Assembly: GCA_013265495.1 (NCBI GenBank)
Contig: MU057560.1
Span: 299,124 to 319,123, forward strand
Direction: 5' to 3'
Source of the DNA: Vicugna vicugna
Taxonomy: Eukaryota
Length of the DNA: 20,000 nt
The position numbers and the translations under genes are program-made. The notes beneath the pieces are model-generated. The model ran no database searches and was not told the origin of the DNA. It saw nothing but the letters and a program-made list of their open reading frames with translations. This document shows positions 10,054 to 19,620 of the stretch, piece by piece. Positions within the stretch are counted from its first letter, which is position 1. Each line of letters begins with the position of its first letter.

Positions 10054-11690
10054 CCTTCCACAGCTCACAAAATATTTTAACTTTAGATGTAATTTATTTT
10101 ACAATTGTCATCATATGCCTGAGCTCTGAGACTTAGTGATACAGCCTCAAGGCGCTGAATCCAAAAGAAAGCATTACCATGACAATGCACCTAGATTTTC
10201 AGGGAAAATCTGTGGAATGCTTTGACAGAAGTCACTGGAATCTGATAGAAGCTGCTCCGTCGGCCTCAGAACCCAGGTTCTCCTGATCTGAGTGGCCTTC
10301 TTGAGGACTCAGTATAATTCTCTCCTGCAAGTTGAGTTGAGAAGGAAGAGAACCTATTGTTCGCCTCTGTGATGAGTGTCACTCTAGCCCCTTTCAGCAG
10401 TCCCCAAAACAGCGGCTGCTCAAGTCTGACCGTTGCTGGAAGCTGTGGGACCAGATCCTGCAGGAAGCGCTGGGGAGGGTGGAAGGGAAGGAGAATTCCC
10501 GGCAGAGTTCATGAGGGGTAACTGGAGTCAAGGGGCAGAGAGCAGGGCACCAAATGCTGACGTCAAGTCTGGAGGATCAGGGCTGACTTGGGTGGGGCGA
10601 CAGAATCACAGATCTGGGTAAGTGGGGCAACGTCGCAGTGAGAACTGGTCCAAGACCCCAACAGCGCTTAGACAGCCGCAGCTTGACTTAGCACTGCTGG
10701 GCTCCAGACGGAGAGAAACGTGTGCATCTGGACTAAAGGGGCAGAGGCAGAGTGGACTCTACAGCCCCCAGAGGGGTAAGGCAGCACGCGTCCTGGCCGC
10801 CGCGACACGGTGGCTCCGGAAGCCTCTGCTGCTGAGGTTCAGCATACGACCCGAGCTGGCTTCATCTCCGCCTCCCGCAGCGTTGAAAGCTCGTCCTCCT
10901 CTCCTTCCTCTGGTTCCCCACACAGTACATGCTGGTGAACGATAAAGATTCGAGGTGTGCTCTGCCTTCCTGCACAGTCACGTACACCGTGAACCTCACT
11001 AAAAGAGGGGGCTTCTTATCTTACTCTCAAGCTCTCGTATCAAGGATCTAATGAGCTCTAGGTCCTTTCTGTAGAAGAGGTTTTGATTTGATGAGGGAAG
11101 TAAGCTAATCTGACTTAGCTCCAGGCTCCTAAGGGAGGGGCACTGAACGGAAAGGGGTGCACAGGTGGTCCCCAAAATTAAAAACAAATGATGCAAAGAC
11201 AGCGGAAGCTGATGAAAGATCTTTGTGATTGTCCAGGTTTTGGCAAGTTTCAAATGACATTTTATTAGCAATCCAGCCTCCTCCGACTCTTGTTTTGGGA
11301 GATTTTGTTTGGTGATGATAACGAGCTTTGCCAAAATTTTGGCATCAACCTACTATCACAAGTACTCCTATCAAAATAATTAGAATAAAGAAGAATTGAG
11401 GGCACATGAAATTAACAAGCAATGTGGAGAAAAGGCAATTTCTGAGCAGTGCTGCAGATTCTATGCAGATCTCCAGGGTTGGATGAACCAGGCACCCTGG
11501 CCTGACAGTGACCAATGTAGGGTGTTTCTCTTCCAATAGGTTAGTGGGTACCAGTGTGCTCCCCCTCTGAGATAGCTGCCAAATTGTGACGAGGAAAGGA
11601 TGGATCACTGCTACTGAGTTTCAGAAACAAGCCTGCTTGGAAGTCCTGGTGGTTAAGAGGGGTCAGTTGATTCCGAGAGTCTGAGATAAG

Positions 11691-11878
11691 CCATTTCTCT
11701 AATTTGTCCACCTTTTAGGAGCCAAAGGTCACCAGCTACCGACCAGCCACATCGGAACCATTGGGTTTCCATCCCAGACCCACTGAATAAGCATCACCAG
11801 GACGGACCTGGGAATGTGTATTTTACCAGGATAACCAGGAGGGTCTAGTGCACTCCCAGGTTTAGAGAAAACCATTCT
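11691..11878. mobile_element. MER5A-like hAT DNA transposon
   Basis: catcccagacccactgaataag...cctgggaatgtgtattttacc...ggtttagagaaaaccatt resembles the MER5A centre and terminal inverted repeat. Confidence 0.7.
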
Positions 11879-11903
11879 AGAACCTTCCTTGAAAATTTCA
11901 GAG

Positions 11904-12079
11904 CTATGATTCTCGAACTTTGCTTCATATCAGAATTATCTGAGGAGTTTTTAAAGAGCCTGATCCCCAGCCTACACTCTGTACCAATTAAATGTGAATT
12001 TAAGAGGTTGGGATCAAGGAGTCACTGTCTTTACCTCCTAGCAGGTGTTTCCAACGTGCAGCAAGCGTGAGAACCACCT
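11904..12079. mobile_element. MER5B/MER5A1-like hAT DNA transposon, full length
   Basis: Termini are ctatgattctcgaac and gtgagaaccacc. Internal cagaattatctgaggagtttttaaa and caggtgtttccaacgtgcagc are also present. Length is about 176 bp. Confidence 0.8.
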
Positions 12080-12289
12080 TTCACCTGGAGTGAAATGCGC
12101 AAGGGAAGGGTCCTTCCTGGCTGCACTTCGAGGAGCTGGGGTAAGGAGGGTGACATCACAGCTCTGCCTGGCAGGGACGTCCCTGGGGATGGCTTTGCAA
12201 CAGCAAGTCTTGTTCATGCCAATCAAACTGGCAAAAGACCACCTTGCACCAAATGGAAATTATTAATCTGTGAAGAATATTGGCGAAGC

Positions 12290-12460
12290 AGCAGGGAATG
12301 CTTTGAAGTGTGGCAGACTCAGGGTCTCAAGATCTGGGTCTGTTTGTCACCGGAAATAGTCCTCAGCAAGTCATTGGATTACTCTGACCTGCAGGTTTCT
12401 CACCTGTGAGGCGGACGTGGCAGTCCTCGCCGCGTGCTTACTCGTGTGTCCTATCAAAGG
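12290..12460 (+). mobile_element. MIR SINE, degenerate
   Basis: cctcagcaagtcattggattactctgacctgcaggtttctcacctgtga resembles the MIR core ccttgggcaagtcacttaacctctctgagcctcagtttcctcatctgtaa. Confidence 0.65.
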
Positions 12461-13139
12461 AGCTGACGTCTTCAGATGTGAGCAGAGCGCTTTGGACTGG
12501 AATCGAGAGAGCTGTTTGGAATCCCCGCTTAAATCTGGAGTCAAGTCTTCACTGATTAACATTTATGATTTTTCTTACTTGCTTCTGTTATTAAACACTT
12601 TCACAGCCCTGTGTAAGGCTGGTGCTGCTAAATGTGCTGCTCTTTTGTCTTAGAATGATTTTGCATCGCGTGTTCATGCCTGGCCCACAGACGCTGCGGT
12701 GTGGATGCTTAGCCACTGCTGCCGGGTAGGACGGAAGATGAGGAGGACCTTTGTTGCCTGTGTTTCTGATAAAGTCCAGACCCATCTGGAAGCCATTTGG
12801 AGTTCATGGGCAAATCAAATAGGTCATAAAATACTAAGAACTCAAGAGAAGAAAAAGAAAATGACCAAGGTTGAATTAGAAGTGAAGGTCTCGGCTCTTA
12901 TCTTAATAGTGCCCCCCTGCTTGTCACGGCCGCCACCTGTGAGGTGAGTCTCTGCGGCAAAGGGAGGGGACTGCACGTGGGGGACGGCGGCCCTGAAACT
13001 CCGCCGGGGGAGAAGACATCTGTGTGACTCGTCAAACCTTGGAAACGAACGTACCTGTGTGATCGCTGGTGTGAGTCCGTAGGTGTCCCCGTCCACTCAG
13101 GTTCCGTGAGGCACGTTACCCTTCACCGTCTTCTCTTCG

Positions 13140-13276
13140 GTGCAGAGCTCGGAAGGCTTTGAGGGTCTTGAAAGGTGGGTCCTGGTGTTAGTGAGTATAA
13201 AAGTGCTTAATCCTGGGACCTCGCCCATGGAAGGCATTCTGTCTGCATTTGTGAAATACGAGTCACTTGCATGAAT
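13140..13276 (+). mobile_element. Possible L2 3' end
   Basis: cctcgcccatggaaggcattc...catttgtgaaatacgagt...atgaat weakly resembles the L2 terminus. Confidence 0.3.
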
Positions 13277-14717
13277 AGCACGCTTGTGTCAAGCTTTGAG
13301 CACACACACTCTCAGCAGAAAAGCAAGGCTTTCAAAACAAGCAAGGATGAAAAGCTTGCTTGATCAATAGAGGATTAGAGCCACTGGAGTCAGATCATTT
13401 CCCAAGGACGCCCACCAAGTGCACCGCTGCACGGGAAGGTGGACGCTCGGCCGTCCTCTGGGAGCCCGCTTTCTCTCGTGCGTGTTCTCAGTCTCCGAGA
13501 TGCTTATAAATACAAGGGTGACCGTCTGTAGGGGCTGAGACTAAATTTTAATTTTTTTTGATTGACAAAAGAGTTGAAATTCTAGGACTCGAAGAGACTA
13601 GAGACCCATCAAAGGGCTCTTCCCCCGACCACGGGTCCTTTGCTTGAAACCACATGGAGCCACGTTAAGCTCTTCTCACATGGATTTCAGCTTTCAGATT
13701 GTGTGAGTGCAGCCCCCACCTTCAGAGAGTAGGATGAATGCTCTGGAAATCTAGACAATCTGCGTGCTCCACGTCCTTCACTGGGGAGGGATGGTGGACC
13801 CAGGACTTCTTCCAGCCCTGGAAGGTTTTCATGAAGAGGAGGGAGGTAGGTCTAACCCATTTTCAGTTGCTCCGAGGGCTGAAACGATAGGCGGTGATGA
13901 AGTCCTGTTGGACTAGGGGAACTCCAGTTTGATGTCCCCATTTGTCACCTACCACGAGTCGCTCCGTTTCATTACAGTGGACATTCATCCGCAAGCTGAC
14001 CCAGGTAAGGCAGGCGGTTCTCACAGAAGCTCGGCAAGTGGCAGGCTGTCTGCTTCCTGCAGTCTGTGACGTTGCCTGCCAGTAAACGCGCCCCTGGTCT
14101 CAGTGCCGGTCGCGGTAGTTCAGCCGATGAGTCATCGCTCGTCATCACCTTGAACGGCAGGAATTACCCTAAGCGTGTACGGGGAGGTTAGGGGATGCTG
14201 AGCCTACAGAGAACAATGTGGCCATGAGTCTCCCGCAAGGGTCTTAAGAAAATACCAGGTTGCGCTCAACTGCGGCTTCCTGGGTTCCATCACCCGAGTC
14301 CTCCTTCCTGAGGCTCAGTCGCCTGAGCCCTCCAGCCGTCTCAGGGCGGGAGGAGACGGGGGCTCTCAGCCCCCGCGGCCAGAGGGCTGGAGGTTAGGCT
14401 GTCTTCACAGCCATCCCGGTGCCTCCGTGAGGAGGGTGAGCCCCGGGCGCCCTGCCGACCCTCAGTCTTACTGCCTTCGTCCCCAAGCTTGGCCTCAGGC
14501 TTTCTTTGTTTCAGACCTTCTGCCTGGGGCCACTCAATCTAGCTTTCTTTTTCTTTCTGAGTTCCTATGTCTAGATTCTATTTTTCTGTGAATGGATTTA
14601 TGGACCATGCCTACACGAGCTTGAAGGAGCTCGCCTCCTCCATGCGCACCCTGGGTCCTAGCCCACCAGCTGGGATGGAGCCAACTGGACCTGCAGACAT
14701 GCCGACTTTCCCCCGAC

Positions 14718-14742
14718 CTGTGGTGACCGTGGTGACTGTGGT
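14718..14742. repeat. 9-bp tandem repeat, about 2.8 copies
   Basis: ctgtggtga ccgtggtga ctgtggt. Confidence 0.8.
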
Positions 14743-15109
14743 CCCGCAGCCATCCTCGGCTCCCCGCCCCTGTGGGGTCCCCCTCAGCTGAGGATGGTCC
14801 TTCCCGGGGCGACCTGCAGCTGGTGGTTGAACCCGGTCACGTGTAAGGGCCAGGCCCGTCAGCATGATGGGAGCTGCTGTCCAGAGCACCCTGTGGGGCT
14901 GCAGAGCGGCGGCCTGCCCCCTGCCCAGCCCGGCTGTGACTCCCCCCGGCCGGGGCCTGCCCTGGCCTCTTCTTTTCACGGCCCTGGTCCCTGATGACTA
15001 CCGTGTCCTCCAGACTGTGGGCTGGCCTCCGAGAGCCCCGCCTGAGATTGTGTTTCTAATTTTTTGTTGAATTGTACACTCTATTTTTTATAGTGTTAAT
15101 TTTTCCTAT

Positions 15110-15400
15110 TTGACATTTTTAACACCTTCATTGTGGTCTGGTTCCTGTCCAGTAAACTGCACATATTTCAGATGTACAACTTGATGAACTGGGGCAGATG
15201 TAGACGCCCATGAAGCCACGCCACAGTCCAGGTGGCCAACATTTCCATCGCGCCCCAAGAGGTGCGATTTTTGAGTTGCCAGTTTATCCCTTCCCACCTC
15301 CTTTGCTCCTTGACCGTGTCTCTAATATTGATTCTTTGTCCGAGTCAGGCCTGCCTGTTCCTATGAGGGCATTAGAAACAGGACTGCAGCTGCGTCCTGA
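15110..15400 (-). mobile_element. Ancient L1M (L1MD/L1ME-like) 3' end
   Basis: ttttaacaccttcattgtggt...taaactgcacatatttcagatgtacaacttgatgaa...aacatttccatc...cctgcctgttc matches the antisense L1MD/ME 3' end. Confidence 0.8.
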
Positions 15401-15679
15401 GGTCGCAGGCACCGGGCAGAGCTGCAGTGTCCAAATCTATCTGAGCTGAAGGCGTGAGGCCACGTCCCCCCCACGCCCTCCCACCCAGATGACTCAGACG
15501 GCCTCCAGGTAGCCCCAAGGGCCTTGCCCAGGCTTGCGTCGCTCTTACCTTCTGTGATAACATGCACCTGCTTTTTGATAAAACTACCAAAAAGAGAGGT
15601 TCACCTTTTATGAACAAAGAAAATTCCATCTTTTCCTTGTTGCTAAAACGTTACTTTTTGAACAAACTTTATCAGCATT

Positions 15680-15810
15680 TGACTGGAGTCCTGGATCAAA
15701 CACTTACCACTTGAGTAGCATTTCTGTCTCGGGTCCTTTATCTGTAAAATTAACTAATGCCCCCGACTTACCTCTTTGCAGGGCTGATGTAATCAACAAC
15801 ATTTAAAAAG
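15680..15810 (+). mobile_element. MIR SINE fragment
   Basis: tttctgtctcgggtcctttatctgtaaaat...cttacctctttgcagggctgatgt matches the MIR core. Confidence 0.65.
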
Positions 15811-17689
15811 GAATGAAGAAATGAGGACACAAACATTTTAAAAATGGAGTCGTAACCGGAAGGAAGTATGATGACCAGAGTTTTACTTTATAATGATTTG
15901 GTAGCTGCGGGTTGGAAATTGTTTGGAACCGCCCTCGGTTTCATTTCTAGTTCCATCTGTGGCCGGTGTCTGACGTTTACAAGATGCTATGACAGGGTGC
16001 AGCTTTCGCTGGGGGACAGAGCTGTGTTCCAGCCCCAGCTTAAGTGGCTCATATGGTGAGTGATCTCCTGACCTTGGACTCATTAACTTCATCCTCTGGC
16101 GAAAGGGACACACCAGCTATAAGGCCCTCTTTGTTAGCACATTTTCCTCTGTATTTCTGGGGGTCAGAGACACTGGTGCCCAGCCTGAGTGTGTAATCAG
16201 AAGTCTAATCTCTTTGCTAGACCGTTCCGGGGATCCACAAAATTCACTCAAATCAAGCGACGGCGTGATGGAAAAATGTAGAAAGCTTTGTAATACTTCT
16301 TGGATGATAAGAGCAGGTAATAAAAATAAGAACCATGATACTTTTGAAATCTCAAAGCAGCAGAACTGTGATTCCACATCTAATCCCGGAACAAAATCAG
16401 GGGATCACGCCAGTCCCTGGGGCCCGACTGACCCCCACTGCAAATAATAACTCTCCTGCAAGTCTTCATCAAGGTCAGATTTTACAAACTTTCCTAGTTT
16501 CATCTGGCGACAGAATCCTACCTCTGTTTTTGCTGAGCCATCATGCAGTGTGAGGGAAACAAGGAGGTGACGCGGAGAGAGGTTTTGTGTTGTGTTTTGT
16601 TTTTATAAAAACAGAAGATTCTTTTTAACAAACAAGCAGGAAGCACCTACCCTGTCGGCACTCCCCAGGGGCACAAACACGAAATCAAAATCGTTCATGC
16701 ATTTTCTTCCAGACTGCATCCGGCCTCGCTGTCCCGGGGGGCAGGGTGTGTGCTGGGAGCTGAGAGGGTAACCCGATCTCCCTGCACATCTGGGCACTCG
16801 CTTCCCTCCTACAACCCGGGCAGAGAGGGACTTCAGAAAGGCTTCGGTCGGAAGAGCCAGGGAAAGAAAGATTCCTTTGGTTGCGGGTGGATTTTTATTC
16901 TGAATGGACTTGTCTGTGTTTGCTCTAGTCTTTTGTTACTTTATTCATTTCGAGTTTCTATTTTCCAATCTGGGTGGACGGATACTGTCTGTAGAATACG
17001 ATCAAACTAAAACATACTGAGAAGTAGGACGTAAATACAGGGCAAAGCACAAGCTCCATGTTCATCCTCACCGGCACTGTTGTTAGATTTAAGAGACAGA
17101 TTCACCTGTCCGTTCTGTTTCCTTACTTTCTACGTTGAGAAGCCCGCATCCGCAGACGTGGGCCCCGCTCCGGGCGGTGATGCTGCTGGCCTGAACCACA
17201 GCGTAAGATTTCCACCATTAACCGTTACCCCTTCCACCCGAAACTTTAGTCTGTAAGGAGTTTGCTCAGCAGAGGAGGAGGGGAGGCAGGAAAGGGCAGA
17301 GGGACCCTTCAGCCTGAGTGAGGCTCAAATGTCATGTACTTGCCCTGGGAGTGGAGGCTCCAGAGCAGATGCTAAAGGTCTGAGAGAAACACAAGGGGAC
17401 ACACTGTGAAAGCTCCAAATGTCAGGGTGACGTTCTCTTTGCTCTGAATTTGGAAGCATTGATGGGTTTAAACTTTGTTTTCCTGACTCTGAGTTGATTA
17501 TGTACTATTATTATTAATGTGGAAAAACCCAGACAAGGGTAAAGGAAACCCTTGGTAAGAACTCCGTCAAGAGACATAAAATACTTGGAGAATTTCCCTT
17601 CAGGTCTTTTATGCCATGAGGTTTTTCAATACTTAATGTCACACATAATACATATTATTTTTCAGCTTCTTCACTTAAAGCTGTAAAAC

Positions 17690-17880
17690 GGTCAAATCTC
17701 TGTATTATTACTTTGTCTTTACGTTTTTGATAAGTAAATACAGTTGCATTCATGTATGAATCAGAAGGAACCATTACATCTTTTTTGTGACATTTAGATG
17801 ATTTCCAATTTATTTGCCAATACAAATAGCAATGGAATCGAAGTTTTTTATGCTCATAGATTTTTATATAGTTCGTGTGT
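17690..17880 (-). mobile_element. Ancient L1ME-like fragment
   Basis: gacatttagatgatttccaatttatttgccaatacaaatagcaatg resembles L1M gacatttaggttgtttccaattttttgctattacaaataatgctg. Boundaries are uncertain. Confidence 0.6.
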
Positions 17881-18132
17881 TTGCTGGTTATTTGTATCTC
17901 TCCTGTTGTTAATTACCTATTCAAGTAGCTGTGTTTTCATTTACCTGCTAGAAAACTAGTACTTCCCATGTCGATGTGTGCAAATTCCTTTTCTGCACGC
18001 CATTGGTTGGTCATATTATTTTCTATGTTTTCTTTCAATGACCATGGTTCTAAATGTTAGTGTCCACATTTAAATTTATTGTTACTATGTTGTTCTTTCT
18101 CACCTCTATGCTGGGGTAGCTGCTCTGCCTCA

Positions 18133-18240
18133 TGGAAAGAGTATCAATAAGAGAAAGAACGAGGCTCCGAGCCCTGGTCTGACTCCCCTGACTGGCGGGG
18201 ACAGTTTATCTAACCGCACTGAGACACGTGACCTCATCCT
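18133..18240 (+). mobile_element. MIR 5' part, degenerate
   Basis: atggaaagagta...ggctccgagccctggtctg...ggacagtttatctaaccgcactgag...cctcatc resembles the MIR head and core. Confidence 0.45.
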
Positions 18241-18259
18241 CTCTCCTCTGGAGTACTTC

Positions 18260-18552
18260 TTTGGACCAGGACCCTCCTCTCTGGGCTTCCTTTGGCTTTC
18301 TTGTTGGTCTGCCAGCCTCAACCCCCGATTTCTACTTTGTGGTCCAAGATGACGGACAGCTCAGCATTCCCCAGCATGTCCATACTGCAGTGGACGGGCT
18401 GGTAAGTGCTAAGTCGAAGGCAAGTTCTTGAAGTCATGTGTGATTCTTCAGCACATGCCCTGCTGATCATACATTAGTCATGAAGCCACATTTGATTGTG
18501 AAAGGAATCTGTTATTGAGGGCACTAGGAGACAACTGGGGGGGTCCACCACA
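18260..18552 (-). mobile_element. MLT1 (MLT1J/H-like) MaLR 3' LTR
   Basis: gtggtccaagatgac...cagctc and gtcatgaagccacatttgattgtgaaagga resemble antisense MLT1J. On the minus strand the LTR begins TGTGG at 18552, directly after the polypurine tract GGAGGGGTGGAC (18553-18564). Confidence 0.65.
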
Positions 18553-19610
18553 GTCCACCCCTCCAGCCGCCCAATGCCTAAGCTCACTCTTCTTCCATGT
18601 GGGATCTGCTTATAAGACCATCTTTCCCTTAAAGGACACCCAGCTACTCCATTACTTCATCTAGATTGAATTCCAGGGTCTCCGGGTGATGGACAGTTCT
18701 GTCCACCAGGTTTGAATGTGGCTTTGAACAGTTCGGCCAGCTATGAACTAAACTATAAGTTATCTACCATTTACACCCCAAATTCCATGACATATAAAGG
18801 GAGAGCCACAACATAAAATACCATTTGTGGGGATTGTCATTCTAAGGGAAATAAGCCAGAAAGAGAAAGAAAAATACCATATGATATCACTCATATGTGG
18901 AATCTTAAAAAAAGAAAGAAAAGAAAAAAAAAAAGGACACTAGTGAACTCATCTACAAAACAGGGACAGACTCGCAGATATAGTAAACAATCTTATGGTT
19001 ACCGGGGGAAAAGGGGTGGGAAGGGATAAATCTGGGAATTTGAGATTTGAAAAAGATAACCACTGTATATAAAATAGATTATAAAAAACAAATTTCCTTT
19101 GTATAGCACAGGGAACGATATTCAGTATCTTGAAAGAGCCTTTAATGAAAAAGAATATTAAAACAAATAAATGTATATATATGCAGGACTGGGACATTGT
19201 GCTGTACACCAGACATTGACACACTGTAACTGACTACACTTCAATAAAAAAATACCACTTATAAAAGAAAAAAAACAAGAAACCCGCATAGCAGTCACTT
19301 TCCATAGTGATAATCAAATAAAGTCAGAACATTCTTGTCAATGATTCTCTGACCTGGCAGAGAAGTGGAGATCTCTGGTAAACCCATCCGACAGATGCCA
19401 GTGCTTCCCTGGAGGAACTAGTGTCTCCATCCTCCTCTGCTGCCCCAGCTTAGCCCTCAGCGAGGTTCTCATTCTTCATTTCCCAGCTCTCATGGGAGAC
19501 GGTGCTCTTCTGAGAGGCTGCACGGTCTTCCTGCCGACAGGTGCAGCTGGGCAGCTCAGAGGCGCATCAGCACCAAATACTCTCTGATTTGTAAAAGCTG
19601 GGTTTGTCTA
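18553..19610 (-). mobile_element. MLT1-int (MaLR internal sequence), interrupted by an L1
   Basis: gtccacccct...tccagggtctccgggtgatg...ctatgaactaaa...aagttatct resembles MLT1J/H-int. After the L1, so does catagcagtcact...ggaggaact...gaggttct...ggctgcac. Confidence 0.75.
18829..19252 (+). mobile_element. 5'-truncated L1 3' end with target-site duplication
   Basis: Homologous to 2890-3250 and ends in actacacttcaataaaaaaa. TSD: aaaataccatttgt (18815-18828) / aaaataccacttat (19249-19262), 12/14 identical. Confidence 0.95.
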
Positions 19611-19620
19611 TTTTGGGAAA

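Noticed and set aside
9676..10080. The 134 aa (+) and 121 aa (-) overlapping ORFs, among the longest in the window
   Set aside because: Both coincide with the MLT1A solo LTR. GC enrichment explains the lack of stops.
12928..12944. CTCF-like cctcacaggtggcggcc (minus strand)
   Set aside because: Three mismatches in the CCAS part of the core, so it is only a partial match.
14501..14575. Coding exon after the strong acceptor tttctttgtttcag (14514)
   Set aside because: All three frames hit a stop within about 60 nt, and no good donor is nearby.
12900..15050. CpG-island promoter
   Set aside because: CpGs are diffuse rather than focal, and by eye TG/CA dinucleotides remain abundant. Adjacent old repeats show the same GC shift, which fits regional GC bias better. 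The observed/expected ratio was not computed.
664..19224. The 60-134 aa ORFs in the six-frame track as protein-coding genes
   Set aside because: None resembles a protein family I recognise, apart from the L1 remnant. Many overlap on opposite strands, start at non-ATG codons, or lie in repeats or GC-rich DNA where stop codons are rare.
1637..19252. Recurring tagcacagggaactatattca-like sequences as a CRISPR-like or novel dispersed repeat system
   Set aside because: They are irregularly spaced, lie on both strands and are all part of L1 3'UTR copies.
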